Shown here: positions 34,677 through 45,380 of the stretch, piece by piece
Layout of the letters: every line of letters starts with the position of its first letter
Numbering within the stretch: the first letter of the stretch is position 1
DNA from: Patescibacteria group bacterium
GTDB taxonomy: Bacteria; Patescibacteriota; Patescibacteriia; Patescibacteriales; UBA12465
Length of the DNA stretch: 64,000 nucleotides
Assembly (NCBI GenBank): GCA_041651355.1
Contig: JBAZJK010000001.1
Coordinates: forward strand, 817,489 to 881,488
Reading direction: 5' to 3'
Program-made: the position numbers and the translations under genes
Notes under the pieces: generated by a model
What the model was told of the DNA's origin: nothing
What the model saw: only the letters and a program-made list of their open reading frames with translations
Databases searched by the model: none

Positions 34677-35903
34677 ATGAGCATCTTCGCGGATAACCTT
34701 AAACGTTTGGAAAAAGTCGCATCGCTTGAAGGCATAGATGCCTCAGAGATGTCCGTCTTATTGAAACCAAAAGAGGTTAATCGGGCCGAATTAGAGATTG
34801 GCGGCCAGCGCTACCCCGCTTGGCGTATAGTCTATAATCGCGCTTTGGGACCGGGTAAGGGTGGAATCAGGTTTCACCCTGAGGTTTCTGAGGATGAAGT
34901 CCAGTCCCTAGCTTTTTGGATGGCCCTTAAAAACTCTTTAGCTGATATTCCTTATGGTGGCGCTAAAGGAGGGATCAAACTAGACCCAAAAAAGATGAGC
35001 CCCCAGGAGTTAGAGCAGATTAGCCGCGCTTATATTGACCAAATGTACCCTTTTTTAGGGCAAGACAAGGATATTCCCGCCCCAGATGTGTACACTAATG
35101 CGCAAATCATGGCCTGGATGCTAGATGAGTATGAAAAAAAAGTCGGGCATCATGAGCCGGGCATGATTACCGGAAAGCCTTTGGAATTAGGCGGCTTAGC
35201 TCTCAGGTCAGACGCAACCGCTCAAGGTGGGTATTTGATAATTAAAGAAATGATTGCCGCCTTGTCCGAAAAGACCAAGGGGCTTAAAATCGTGGTCCAG
35301 GGTTTTGGTAACGCCGGACTTTTCATTACAGAAAAATTGCATAATGATGGCCACAAGATTATCGCCGTTAGTGATAGTCGGGGAGGTATATATAACCAAG
35401 CTGGACTAGATATCCGCGAACTGGCGATTTGGAAAAACAGCGGCCAAGCCGTCGGCGACTATAAGGATGGAGAAAAAATAGATAATTCCCAGCTTCTAGA
35501 ACTGGATTGCGATATCTTAGTCTTAGCCGCTCTAGAAAATCAGATAACTAGTGGTAATGCCGCCAAGGTTAAGGCCAAATATTTAGTAGAATTGGCTAAC
35601 GGCCCGATAAGCTACGAGGCAGATGAGATTCTTTTTAACAACAAACAAGTAGTAGTCCCGGACATTCTAGCTAATTCCGGCGGTGTAATCGTTAGTTATT
35701 TTGAATGGGCGCAAAATCGCGCTGGCCAGATCTTAGATGAAGATTATCTTCGTGGTTTGTTGGATAAAAAAATGAAATCGGGCTGGGAGGCGGTTTATAC
35801 TAGTTTCCGTAAACATGAAGGCCAGATCAGCTTACGCCTCGCTGCTTACATCATTGCCGTTAAGAGGATTCTATCAGCCGAGAAATGGCGAGGTAATATT
35901 TAA
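34677..35903 (+). CDS. gdhA: glutamate dehydrogenase (Glu/Leu/Phe/Val dehydrogenase family)
   Basis: PYGGAKGGI catalytic-Lys motif, VQGFGNAG dinucleotide fold. Confidence 0.9.
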   Translation: MSIFADNLKRLEKVASLEGIDASEMSVLLKPKEVNRAELEIGGQRYPAWRIVYNRALGPGKGGIRFHPEVSEDEVQSLAFWMALKNSLADIPYGGAKGGIKLDPKKMSPQELEQISRAYIDQMYPFLGQDKDIPAPDVYTNAQIMAWMLDEYEKKVGHHEPGMITGKPLELGGLALRSDATAQGGYLIIKEMIAALSEKTKGLKIVVQGFGNAGLFITEKLHNDGHKIIAVSDSRGGIYNQAGLDIRELAIWKNSGQAVGDYKDGEKIDNSQLLELDCDILVLAALENQITSGNAAKVKAKYLVELANGPISYEADEILFNNKQVVVPDILANSGGVIVSYFEWAQNRAGQILDEDYLRGLLDKKMKSGWEAVYTSFRKHEGQISLRLAAYIIAVKRILSAEKWRGNI

Positions 35904-35921
35904 TTATCATTTTAGACTAAC

Positions 35922-35951
35922 AAAAAACAGGCTCGATCAGCCTGTTTTTTT
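35922..35951. terminator. bidirectional intrinsic terminator
   Basis: AAAAAACAGGCT-cgatc-AGCCTGTTTTTT between convergent genes. Confidence 0.8.
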
Positions 35952-35962
35952 GTGGGAATATT

Positions 35963-36928
35963 TTATTGGCAACTAGCAGCTGTATTATTAGCGGCTGTAC
36001 CGAAACCGAAGCCGGAAGACGGAGTAGCACTAGATAATTCGGTTTCACATTCTTTCGGAGCGGTTTTAAAGGCGGAACAAATTGCCTTTAATAAGCTATT
36101 AGAATCTCGGCCAGATTGGACCTCCTCACCATTGATAATCAAAGTTGGAGAACCGCCGACACCATATTTATCGTTGTCAGCCTTGTTAACATTGAATGGA
36201 GGGAAGTTTCCTTTCCAAGTGCTTTTGTCATTATAGTTGGCGCTTACCTTATAGGTGGAATCAGTCGCTTTGACACATTTATCAACATTGATTTTATTGC
36301 TGCTCAGGCACTCAGCTCCTTTGCCTGCCTCCAAGAAACACTTGAGATAGGCGGATAACTTTTCCGGAGACTCTTTTTGGACACAGTATTGAATGAGATT
36401 TTCATCGACTTCTTGTTTTTCGTGCATGGCATAATCAACGAATTTCAGCTGGAAGTCCATTTTGTTGCCCAGGGTTTCGATGACTGGCAACATCCCTTTC
36501 TGCATTTGGGTGCCGAATGGGCAATAGCTCATCACGAAGAGTTCCACCACTGGTTTGTCGGTTTTATTCTTAACCTCTACTACCGGTGAACTATTAGAGT
36601 CTGAGCCATTATCATTTTGCTTGGCCACATCGGTCATGCTCAAGGCCTGGGGGAAGAATTGACTGCCATCGACCGCCACGAAAGAATCGATGGTTTGGCC
36701 GTTACCGATGTCAACCTTTACCTGGTATAAGTCTTTTTCATATTTATTAATCTCGTTAATCTTAGCTTTACTGCCGCTTTGCATTAAGTAAGAATTAATA
36801 AATTGCTCGGTTTTAGCTTTAGCTTCGTCCGGGCTTAACTTTTTAGCCTCTGGAGCTTTTTTGGTACAACCGCTAAGTGCGATTGCGCTAATTAGCAACA
36901 AAGACCCTAGAACTATAAATTTTTTCAT
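35963..36928 (-). CDS. thioredoxin-fold (DsbA-like) lipoprotein
   Basis: Lipobox ALSGC. FVMSYCPFG active-site region and GGSPTLIING cis-Pro loop. The lipobox is consistent with lgt in this window. Confidence 0.65.
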   Translation of the reverse strand: MKKFIVLGSLLLISAIALSGCTKKAPEAKKLSPDEAKAKTEQFINSYLMQSGSKAKINEINKYEKDLYQVKVDIGNGQTIDSFVAVDGSQFFPQALSMTDVAKQNDNGSDSNSSPVVEVKNKTDKPVVELFVMSYCPFGTQMQKGMLPVIETLGNKMDFQLKFVDYAMHEKQEVDENLIQYCVQKESPEKLSAYLKCFLEAGKGAECLSSNKINVDKCVKATDSTYKVSANYNDKSTWKGNFPPFNVNKADNDKYGVGGSPTLIINGEEVQSGRDSNSLLKAICSAFKTAPKECETELSSATPSSGFGFGTAANNTAASCQ

Positions 36929-36995
36929 AATTTTATAGAGCCTTAGCCCAGGAGAAGCTGAGCTGGCTTGTAATAAAAAAATAATTTAATTTGTA

Positions 36996-37757
36996 TTAAG
37001 GCTTTCTTATTATAGTAAAAATTAACAGGCAAGTCAAAATTAACCCCAGGTATTTCAAGATTGTTTTCTTGTCTAGATTATCGCTTTTTTCCGTATTTAT
37101 TAAAGGGGTGTTGGTGGCGGCACCAGATGGGGCGCTTAGTATCCTTATATCATCAGTCTTAAGCGGGTAAATCCTGAGGCTTTCACTTTTTTTAAAGAGA
37201 AGTCCGCTGATAGACAGTTGGCTGCTATTAGCCAAAGAATTACTTGAGAATTGAGGAAGATTCTGCATATCTACGGTGAATTCGTGAAAATCATTTTTAA
37301 GCTTAATAATGTTTCCTTTGATTTGGCTGACTGAGCCCCTGATTTTGGCTAAGCTAATTTTACTCTGCTTTTCTAAATCGGTTAGAGACTCTATTGTTTC
37401 CGGTTGGTAATCCGTTTTCCCCTCGCTCTTATTAATAGTCGAAATGTCGCTGATTTCTTTGGTCTTGATCCTGGGTCCATTGCTTAAGCGAGAAAAGACG
37501 CCTCTGATTTCTAAGTAATCCCCCAAAGATATTTCGGGAAAGCGTTGCCAATAATTATATATTTGGACAACTTCACCCTGATGGTATAAATAGAAGAATT
37601 GTTTGCCAAATTGTCCTGGTCGGCTTAGGGCCTGCCCCTGGATTCTAACCAGGCTTTGGTCGGGTATATCTACTGCAGCTTGGGCGGATAGCAGGGGCAG
37701 GAGAATGAAAAAGCTGAGCAAGAAAAAGTTTTTTATTTTTTTTGATATCAAAAACAT
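36996..37757 (-). CDS. hypothetical exported protein with C-terminal TM anchor
   Basis: Signal peptide (LLSAQA) and a C-terminal hydrophobic segment followed by RKP. I recognise no family. Confidence 0.5.
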   Translation of the reverse strand: MFLISKKIKNFFLLSFFILLPLLSAQAAVDIPDQSLVRIQGQALSRPGQFGKQFFYLYHQGEVVQIYNYWQRFPEISLGDYLEIRGVFSRLSNGPRIKTKEISDISTINKSEGKTDYQPETIESLTDLEKQSKISLAKIRGSVSQIKGNIIKLKNDFHEFTVDMQNLPQFSSNSLANSSQLSISGLLFKKSESLRIYPLKTDDIRILSAPSGAATNTPLINTEKSDNLDKKTILKYLGLILTCLLIFTIIRKP

Positions 37758-37824
37758 AAAAGCCTATTGCTAGGCTTTTATGATAACTTAAGCGAATAAA
37801 TTCCGTTTAAAAATTCCTTAAGGT

Positions 37825-38592
37825 TTATTTGAGTTTTTTTAGAAAAGCTTCTAGTTCCGGTTCTAGCGCTAGCTTAAATTCCTGTTTTTCTCCTGAAATA
37901 TCCTTGAAACTAAGTTTTTGGGCAAACAAGAAAATTCTGCCCAAGGCAATTTTTTTGTTTTTTATTCTGGTCTTAGCCGTACCGTAGAGGTCGTCTCCGA
38001 CCAAGGGGTGCCCATAGGCAGAAAGGTGGACTCTAATCTGATGGGTGCGCCCAGTCTTAATCCTAAGCTCTAATAGGGTATAATTAATCAGCCGTTGTTT
38101 GATTTTGAAAAGAGTAATCGCCTCCCGAGAGGCCATTAGAGCAGCATTGGTTCCCTGGTCTCTATCGGATAGGCTTTTCTTCTCGATTAAGCCTTTTTTT
38201 ATCAAGGGCAGAGCTGCCATCTTATGGCCGCTACTGGCTCTTTTGATAGGAAAATTTATTTCTCCCTCCTCTTTGTTAATTTTCCCATAGACTAAGGCTA
38301 GATATTCCTTGATTATATCCCTGGTTTGAAACTGTTTTTTAAGGTGTTCAAAGCTAGCCTGGTTTTTAGCTATTACCATTAAACCGCTCACCTCTTTATC
38401 AAGCCGATGGACGATTCCAGGGCGAAGCGGGTCTTCGCCGACGGTTTTTAATTTTGGACGCTCTTGTAATAAAAAATCTACCAAGGTTTTTTCTTTGATG
38501 CCCGGACCGCCATGGACGATTAGTCCGGCGGGCTTATTAATTACTAAATAATCATCAGTTTCCTGGATTATTTCCAAAATATTATTTTTCAT
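37825..38592 (-). CDS. RluA-family pseudouridine synthase
   Basis: HRLDKEVSGLMVIAK catalytic motif, GRTHQIRVHL. Confidence 0.9.
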   Translation of the reverse strand: MKNNILEIIQETDDYLVINKPAGLIVHGGPGIKEKTLVDFLLQERPKLKTVGEDPLRPGIVHRLDKEVSGLMVIAKNQASFEHLKKQFQTRDIIKEYLALVYGKINKEEGEINFPIKRASSGHKMAALPLIKKGLIEKKSLSDRDQGTNAALMASREAITLFKIKQRLINYTLLELRIKTGRTHQIRVHLSAYGHPLVGDDLYGTAKTRIKNKKIALGRIFLFAQKLSFKDISGEKQEFKLALEPELEAFLKKLK

Positions 38593-38593
38593 T

Positions 38594-40057
38594 TTAGTTA
38601 TATGGGGTTAGGTGGCGACGCGGCTTATCCCCAAAAATCAAACTCAAATCATCTTTAGTGAAGCCGCCGAAGACAAAAACCAGAATTAAATAAATAGCTA
38701 CCGCTCCAGCACCCACGCTCAGGAGTCCGGGGATAGAGTTTAGCCAGTTCGTCGGGCAGAAATAGAGGATTAGGCCCATAATCAAAGCGGAAAACAAAGA
38801 TCTGAAAAACATTTTTAATTTTGGCAGGAAGCGGCTATAACGCCAGACATAATAGATTGAGAAAGAGGCGATTATCACTTCACTGTAGACCGTGACGGCC
38901 GCCGCTCCAATGTAGGAATAATGGTAGATAAAAAACAGATAGGCTAACAACGAACTTAGGCCGGTAAAGATATAGGCGCCGATTACCTGTTTTTGTTTAT
39001 CGATGGCGATGACAGCGTGGGCGAATAAGCAACCCATAAAAATAGCAGCGATAGCCACGATTAATATTTTCAGGATTAGGCCAGCGGCATTAAAATCGTC
39101 GCCGGCGACAAAGTGCATTATCGGTTCGGCTAGAAATTGGGTGCCGATTACTAGCGGGATGGCGCAGATAACCATAACATCGAAAGCTTTTTGCAGTATT
39201 TTATTGAAATGTTCCTGATTCTTATTAGCCCAATCAGCACTCAGGATGGGCAGGATGATGCCGGCAAATATAAAGGGGATGGTTGTTAGGACATCTATAA
39301 TTTTATAGGCAGCGCCATATAAGCCGACTGCGCTTTGGTCTTTAAATATGGATAAGATGAGGATATCGGCTTTAAGATAGAGTAAGTTAAAGACTATGGT
39401 AATCGCCAGCGGCCAGGTTTTTTTAATGATTTGTTTCCAGATGCTTAAATCTATCTGGAATTTTATTTTTACAAAACGTTTAGAAAAGAGATATAGGACT
39501 AAGAAGCTGCCGGCCGCCGAAGCCACGGTTGCCCATAAGATGCCATTTATCCCGCTATCCCGGAAGATGACCAGATAGATGCCGCCGACTAAGATTATGC
39601 GGCTGAGGATTTCCGATAAAGAAACAGCCTCCATTTTGAGGTTTTTTTGGAATAGGCCAACTAAGATTTGGTTGAGGGCGGGAAAGATGAAGCTGATGGC
39701 CGCGATTATGATGCCCAGTTTAATCAGGTTGTCATAGGGGAAAAAGAAGCTGATTAGCGGCGCTAAGCCGAGAAAAAAGAGGATAGAAACCAGGCGCAGT
39801 GATAATAAGTTATTTACTATCCGGCTGGTTTCATCTTTGATAGTGCTAATCATTTGTACTGTTACCAGGGTTAATCCTAAATCAGCGATAATCGCAAAAA
39901 AGGAGACAAAGGTGATAATGGTCGTATACTGGCCGAAACCTGTCTGGCCTAAATATCTAGTCATTAAAGCCAAGGCAAAAAGGCCAAGAACGGTGGACAC
40001 CACTTTTCCGGCGACTTGGATAAAAGTATTGTAGGCGATCTTTTTAGTTAAAGACAT
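38594..40057 (-). CDS. MOP-superfamily polysaccharide/lipid-linked oligosaccharide flippase (Wzx/MurJ-like)
   Basis: 487 aa, about 14 TM segments, typical N-terminal NTFIQVAGKVVS pattern. Confidence 0.7.
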   Translation of the reverse strand: MSLTKKIAYNTFIQVAGKVVSTVLGLFALALMTRYLGQTGFGQYTTIITFVSFFAIIADLGLTLVTVQMISTIKDETSRIVNNLLSLRLVSILFFLGLAPLISFFFPYDNLIKLGIIIAAISFIFPALNQILVGLFQKNLKMEAVSLSEILSRIILVGGIYLVIFRDSGINGILWATVASAAGSFLVLYLFSKRFVKIKFQIDLSIWKQIIKKTWPLAITIVFNLLYLKADILILSIFKDQSAVGLYGAAYKIIDVLTTIPFIFAGIILPILSADWANKNQEHFNKILQKAFDVMVICAIPLVIGTQFLAEPIMHFVAGDDFNAAGLILKILIVAIAAIFMGCLFAHAVIAIDKQKQVIGAYIFTGLSSLLAYLFFIYHYSYIGAAAVTVYSEVIIASFSIYYVWRYSRFLPKLKMFFRSLFSALIMGLILYFCPTNWLNSIPGLLSVGAGAVAIYLILVFVFGGFTKDDLSLIFGDKPRRHLTPYN

Positions 40058-40134
40058 AAAGCCAAAATAAGGCCTTGGTAGCCGGAACTTTATTTGCTAT
40101 AATAATAATGTTGTTTTTATTATATCAAAACCCT

Positions 40135-40572
40135 ATGAAAATTACTAAGAAGCGTTTTTTTGCTTTCATTCTTAGTCTGTCCCTTATAACAAGCATTAAT
40201 TTTTTTGTCCACTCTCAGGCCTTAGCTGGCAATCTCTGGGACCAACAGGTTGGAGTGCAGACAATCGGTGAGAATGCTTATGGCCAGAGTCAGCCAGAGG
40301 ATGTCAGGGTGACCGTGGTGAAGATTATTAATACAGTTTTGTTATTTTTAGCTTTAATCTTTTTGGTTTTGGTCTTAATTTCCGGATTCAAGTATATGAC
40401 GGCTGGCGGTAATGAGCAGAAGGTATCTGAAGCTTTGGGTTATATCAAAAATGCCACCATCGGCTTAGGCATCGTCTTAATGGCTTGGGCCATCAGTTTC
40501 GCTTTGTTAGTCAGATTACGAGCGATTACCACCGGTCAGACCAGCTATCTATACGGACCTTGGTACCACTAG
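40135..40572 (+). CDS. TrbC/VirB2-like pilin-type small membrane protein
   Basis: Signal peptide ending SQALA, then two hydrophobic helices flanking FKYMTAGGNEQKVSEA, as in VirB2/TrbC-like pilins common in CPR. ORF trimmed from TTG 40075 to ATG 40135. Confidence 0.5.
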   Translation: MKITKKRFFAFILSLSLITSINFFVHSQALAGNLWDQQVGVQTIGENAYGQSQPEDVRVTVVKIINTVLLFLALIFLVLVLISGFKYMTAGGNEQKVSEALGYIKNATIGLGIVLMAWAISFALLVRLRAITTGQTSYLYGPWYH

Positions 40573-40694
40573 ACAAATTATTAGACAGTGATATTATATA
40601 GATAAAGCTAGTTGTATTTACAATTAGCTTTTTATCTAGCCAATTTTAGACAATTAAATACTTAATAAGGGGTTAATTGCCCCGTCCAAAAAAT

Positions 40695-41984
40695 ATGTCA
40701 GAATTATCCAGTGCAATCAAACAGATTTGCGAAGAGAAGAATCTGGATTACGAAACCGTTGTGAGCGCGATTGAGTTGGCCTTAGCCGCCGCTTATCGTA
40801 AGGACTACGGTGAGAAAAACCAAAATATCAAAGTTGACTTTGATCCTCAAACCGGCAAGACCGCCATTTTTGACGTGAAAACCGTGGTGGAAAATTTACC
40901 AGAACACATTGAAGAGGAGATGAGAAAGAGCCTAAATGACCCTAAAGAGAACGGCAAGATTATTACGATCGAGGAAGCAACTGATGAAGCCGAGGCGAAG
41001 AAGTTTAATCCAAGAACCGAGATCCAGCACAAGGAAGCCCTGATTCTTAAACATGACGCCCAAATCGGAGAAGAAATCCTAACCGAGCTCCCTATCCCTG
41101 ATAGCTATGGTCGTATGGCCGCCCAAACTGCCAAGCAGGTAATAGTGCAGAAATTAAGAGAGATGGAAAGGGATATGATTTTAAGAGAATTCAAAGATAA
41201 GGAGAAAGAGGTGATTAGCGGTATAGTACAAAGACGCGAAGGCCGCTTCGTCTTGGTTGACTTGGGAAAAGCGATCGGCATCTTGCCACTGGAAGAGCAG
41301 ATTTATAATGAACGCTATAATCCAGGAGAAAGAGTTAAGGTTTACGTAAAAGAGGTTAAGTCTGGCCCTAAAGGTCCGGAAATTATCCTGTCCCGCAAAT
41401 CAGAGGAAATCCTTAAGAAGATTTTCTATCTAGAGATACCAGAAATCTCCAATGGCCTGGTAGAATTAAAAGCGGTCGCCAGAGAAGCTGGCTCTCGTTC
41501 CAAGGTGGCTATTTATACAGAGGCTGAGAATGTTGATCCAGTCGGATCTTGTGTTGGACAAAGAGGCGCTAGAATCCAAACTATTATCAGTGAATTAGGC
41601 GGGGAAAAGGTGGATATTATAGAGTATAGCGATGATCCAGAGAAATTTGTGGCCAATGCTTTAGCTCCGGCTAAAATTATCAGTATTGAGATAGATGATA
41701 AGCAGAAAAAGGCAATCGTCAAGGTTAGTCCGGATAAATTATCCTTAGCAATCGGGAAAAATGGCCAGAATGTCCGCTTAGCTGCCCATTTGACGGGCTG
41801 GAAAATAGACATCATTGAAGCGGGAGAAGAAGGTGAGAAAAAAGTGCTAGCCAGCGAAGAAGAAGTCTTGCCATCCGATGTTTCTGAAGAAACCGAGGCA
41901 GAACCAGCTGAGCCAGAAACGGCGGAAGTAGAAGCAAAGGAGAAAAAAGCTAAGAAAGAGCCTAAAACTAAAAAAACTAAATAA
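40695..41984 (+). CDS. nusA: transcription termination/antitermination factor NusA
   Basis: N-terminal domain, S1 ([16 protein letters not shown]), KH1/KH2 ([24 protein letters not shown]), acidic K/E tail. ATG 40695 preferred over TTG 40677. Confidence 0.93.
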   Translation: MSELSSAIKQICEEKNLDYETVVSAIELALAAAYRKDYGEKNQNIKVDFDPQTGKTAIFDVKTVVENLPEHIEEEMRKSLNDPKENGKIITIEEATDEAEAKKFNPRTEIQHKEALILKHDAQIGEEILTELPIPDSYGRMAAQTAKQVIVQKLREMERDMILREFKDKEKEVISGIVQRREGRFVLVDLGKAIGILPLEEQIYNERYNPGERVKVYVKEVKSGPKGPEIILSRKSEEILKKIFYLEIPEISNGLVELKAVAREAGSRSKVAIYTEAENVDPVGSCVGQRGARIQTIISELGGEKVDIIEYSDDPEKFVANALAPAKIISIEIDDKQKKAIVKVSPDKLSLAIGKNGQNVRLAAHLTGWKIDIIEAGEEGEKKVLASEEEVLPSDVSEETEAEPAEPETAEVEAKEKKAKKEPKTKKTK

Positions 41985-42007
41985 TTATAAATATTAATCT
42001 TGAAACT

Positions 42008-44005
42008 ATGACTACGTTTTTAATTCTCGCTAGCGCAGTGGTCGCCATTATCTACGGGGCAATCACCATCGCTTCTATTCTGCGTCTGCCGGAAGGCAAT
42101 GAAAAAATGAAAGAGATTGCGAAAGCCATTCAAGCTGGTGCTAAAGCTTTCTTGAATCGTCAATACAAGACAGTGGCTATGGTCGCCTTAGTTTTGTTCT
42201 TGGTAATTGGTTTTGTCCCCGCTCTTGGCTGGGCGACTGCCCTAGCTTTTTTGGCGGGGGCAATTTTGTCCGCTCTGACCGGCTATATTGGTATGTTCGT
42301 GAGCGTGAGAGCTAATGTCCGTACTACTGAAGCCGCTCGGGGCGGTCTGAAGAAAGCTTTGAATGTGGCTGTTCGTGGTGGCAGCGTTACTGGTATGTTG
42401 GTGGTCGGTTTAGCTTTGCTCGGAACGGCTGGTTTTTATTTCATAACTAAAGATTTACACGCCTTGATTGGTTTTGCTTTCGGTGGTTCTTTAATCTCTA
42501 TCTTTGCCCGTTTAGGTGGCGGCATCTATACCAAAGCAGCTGATGTCGGCGCTGATTTAGTCGGCAAAGTCGAAGCCAGTATCCCGGAAGACGATCCTCG
42601 CAATCCAGCGGTTATCGCTGATAATGTCGGCGACAATGTTGGTGATTGCGCGGGCATGGCCGCTGATTTGTTTGAAACTTATTCAGTGACCTCGATTGCC
42701 GCCATGGTCTTAGGCTCTTTGGCGTTTGTAGGAAATGAAAATATTATTTTATTACCTTTATTCTTGGGAGCGATTTCTATCATCGCCTCGATTATCGGCA
42801 TCTTCTTTATCCGTTTAGGCAAGGGTAAGAATATAATGCGCGCCCTATATAAAGGTTTGATTGCTGCCGGAGTGTTAGCCGCTGCAGCTTTTTATCCTTT
42901 GATTAGATTTTTAATCAGTGATGCTGCTTTAGCTTTGAATATTTATTTTGCTACCCTAATAGGCTTAGCAGTTACCGGTCTTTTAGTGGTAATCACTGAA
43001 TACTATACTTCTACCAAGTTCAATCCGGTGAAGAGTATTGCTGAAGCTTCTAAAACTGGTCATGGTACTAACGTTATCGCCGGTTTAGCAGTTTCTATGA
43101 AGTCAACCGCTTGGCCGATAATCGTAATCGCTCTGGCTATACTCGGCTCTTATGCTTTAGCTGGTCTGTTCGGAGTGGCTATCGCTGCTATGGCCATGTT
43201 ATCCATGGCTGGCATCATCGTTACTATCGATGCTTACGGCCCGATTACTGATAATGCTGGCGGTATTGCTGAAATGGCCGAACTCGGAGACGATGTCCGC
43301 AATATCACTGATCCTTTGGATGCGGTGGGTAATACTACGAAGGCTGTTACCAAGGGTTATGCCATCGGTTCAGCCGCATTGGCCGCTTTAGTCCTGTTTG
43401 CTGACTTTACCTACAAGATTAAGGCCAATGGTGGTAGCGCCCAATTTTTGATTGATAACCCTTATGTTTTGATTGGTCTTTTTATCGGCGGTCTCTTGCC
43501 TTATCTGTTCGGCGCCATGGCCATGAAAGCGGTCGGCAAGGCTGCTGGCTCCGTAGTTGAAGATGTTCGAGCTCAATTTAAAGAGAAGACTGGCATCATG
43601 GCCGGAACAGACAAACCTGATTATGGCCGTACCGTAGATATTGTGACTAAAGCTGCTATCAAAGAAATGATCGGCCCAGCCCTTATTCCGGTTTTGGTCC
43701 CGATTATCGTTGGCTTTGCCTTTATGGGTCATGGCTTGGAAGTTTTGGGTGGCCTTTTGGTCGGCTCAATCGTTACCGGTATCTTCGTGGCTGTTTCTAT
43801 GACTTCCGGCGGAGGCGCTTGGGACAATGCTAAAAAATATATTGAATCTGGCTTCTTTGGCGGCAAAGGTTCTGATGCGCATAAAGCAGCCGTTACCGGC
43901 GATACGGTCGGCGATCCGTATAAGGATACAGCTGGTCCAGCGATTAATCCAATGATCAAGGTTCTTAACATCGTGGCTTTATTGATTGTGTCTTTACTGA
44001 TGTAG
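42008..44005 (+). CDS. hppA: membrane-bound ion-translocating pyrophosphatase
   Basis: [50 protein letters not shown] signatures. Confidence 0.96.
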   Translation: MTTFLILASAVVAIIYGAITIASILRLPEGNEKMKEIAKAIQAGAKAFLNRQYKTVAMVALVLFLVIGFVPALGWATALAFLAGAILSALTGYIGMFVSVRANVRTTEAARGGLKKALNVAVRGGSVTGMLVVGLALLGTAGFYFITKDLHALIGFAFGGSLISIFARLGGGIYTKAADVGADLVGKVEASIPEDDPRNPAVIADNVGDNVGDCAGMAADLFETYSVTSIAAMVLGSLAFVGNENIILLPLFLGAISIIASIIGIFFIRLGKGKNIMRALYKGLIAAGVLAAAAFYPLIRFLISDAALALNIYFATLIGLAVTGLLVVITEYYTSTKFNPVKSIAEASKTGHGTNVIAGLAVSMKSTAWPIIVIALAILGSYALAGLFGVAIAAMAMLSMAGIIVTIDAYGPITDNAGGIAEMAELGDDVRNITDPLDAVGNTTKAVTKGYAIGSAALAALVLFADFTYKIKANGGSAQFLIDNPYVLIGLFIGGLLPYLFGAMAMKAVGKAAGSVVEDVRAQFKEKTGIMAGTDKPDYGRTVDIVTKAAIKEMIGPALIPVLVPIIVGFAFMGHGLEVLGGLLVGSIVTGIFVAVSMTSGGGAWDNAKKYIESGFFGGKGSDAHKAAVTGDTVGDPYKDTAGPAINPMIKVLNIVALLIVSLLM

Positions 44006-44027
44006 GACTAATATAAATAATGAAAAA

Positions 44028-44056
44028 ATATAAGCAGGCTACCAGCCTGCTTATAT
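44028..44056 (+). terminator. 13-bp hairpin after hppA (weak T-tract)
   Basis: ATATAAGCAGGCT-acc-AGCCTGCTTATAT. No clear U-run follows, so terminator function is uncertain. Confidence 0.4.
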
Positions 44057-44069
44057 TAACGGCATATAT

Positions 44070-45380
44070 ATGAAAGTTGAAAAAAAAGAATTAGTTAAAT
44101 CCCAAATGGAAATATTGGTAGAGGTTTCTAGAGAGGAGCTTCAACCCTATCTTGAAAAGGGTGCCCAAAAGGTTTCTGAACAGGTTAAGGTTGAGGGTTT
44201 TCGTCCTGGCAAGGCTCCTTATGACATCTTGAAGCAGAAGATTGGTGAAATGACCATATTAGAAGAAGCCGCTCATCTCTTTATCGAAAAGCAAGTTGAT
44301 GAAATAATCAAGGAAAATCTGATTGGACAGGACCCGGTGGGGCAACCACAGATAGAAATCACTAAATTAGCTCCCGGCAATGCCATGGAATTTAAAGTTA
44401 TTTTATCCTTGCTTCCAAAAATAAGCCTAGGAGAATACAAAGGATTCAACCTTAAAGTAGAGGAGGTCAAGGTGTCTAAAGAAGAATTAGAAAAAACTCT
44501 GCGCGATCTTAGGGAAATGCGTGCTCAAGAAGTAATCAGTGAACAGCCTGCTAAGATCGGCGATAAAGTGATTATTGATGTGGAGATGTTTTTAGATAAA
44601 GTTCCGATTGAAGGCGGCCAATCTAAGGATGTCGCCGTGATTTTAGGCAAGGATTATTTCGTTCCTGGTTTTGATAAAAAATTAGAAGGAAGTAAAAAGG
44701 ATGAGTCCAGAGAATTTTCTTTGCTTTACCCAGACAATCATCACCAGGCAAATTTAGCCGGGAAAATGGTTAGTTTCAAAGTCAAGACAAAAGAGATCTA
44801 TGACCGTCAAGTGCCTGAGTTGGATGATAAGTTTGCCGCCATCTTTCAGTTTAAGAATGTTTCAGAACTGTCTAAAGCCTTAGAAGAAAATATAGAGCAC
44901 GAAAAGAAACATCAAGCGGAACATAAGTATGAAGCTGAGATGTTAGAGAAGATTATCAGTAGTGCTAAATTTGGCGATTTGCCAGACATTCTTGTGAATA
45001 ATGAAATTCAGGTGATGTTAGGCGAGTTAGAACAATCCTTATCCCAGCAAGGCGCCAAACTCGACGATTATCTAAACCATCTCAAGAAAAGCAAAGATCA
45101 GTTGATTATGGATTTTACCCCCAGTGCTTTGAAACGGGTGAAGACCGCTCTAGCTATCAGAGAAATCGCTATTATCGAAAAGATAAAAGTGAGTGGGAAA
45201 GAGATCGATAATAAGCTTGAAGAATTAAAGACTAGGTATAAGAACCAGAAAGAAATACAAGACATGATAAGCCAAGCCCACTATCGCCAGTACCTAGAGA
45301 ATTTACTGAGCAATGAAAAAGTGATTAAAAGTCTAAAAGAGTGGAATTATGCCGACTCTCGCGATCAACAAGAAGGCTAG
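44070..45380 (+). CDS. tig: trigger factor
   Basis: N-terminal GFRPGKAP ribosome-binding signature, FKBP-like middle domain, helical C-terminus. Confidence 0.92.
   Translation: MKVEKKELVKSQMEILVEVSREELQPYLEKGAQKVSEQVKVEGFRPGKAPYDILKQKIGEMTILEEAAHLFIEKQVDEIIKENLIGQDPVGQPQIEITKLAPGNAMEFKVILSLLPKISLGEYKGFNLKVEEVKVSKEELEKTLRDLREMRAQEVISEQPAKIGDKVIIDVEMFLDKVPIEGGQSKDVAVILGKDYFVPGFDKKLEGSKKDESREFSLLYPDNHHQANLAGKMVSFKVKTKEIYDRQVPELDDKFAAIFQFKNVSELSKALEENIEHEKKHQAEHKYEAEMLEKIISSAKFGDLPDILVNNEIQVMLGELEQSLSQQGAKLDDYLNHLKKSKDQLIMDFTPSALKRVKTALAIREIAIIEKIKVSGKEIDNKLEELKTRYKNQKEIQDMISQAHYRQYLENLLSNEKVIKSLKEWNYADSRDQQEG

Noticed and set aside
37746-37782. Hairpin CATAAAAGCCTA/TAGGCTTTTATG, which looks like the terminator of the rluA-type gene but includes the start codon of ORF 36996-37757
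   Set aside because: Not reported as a separate finding. It is most simply a terminator with partial read-through, or a translational-coupling structure, and I cannot distinguish these from sequence.
40075-40694. TTG-initiated extensions of the pilin-like ORF (40075) and of nusA (40677)
   Set aside because: In-frame ATGs at 40135 and 40695 give a canonical signal peptide and a canonical NusA N-terminus respectively. The extensions run into promoter-like AT-rich sequence.
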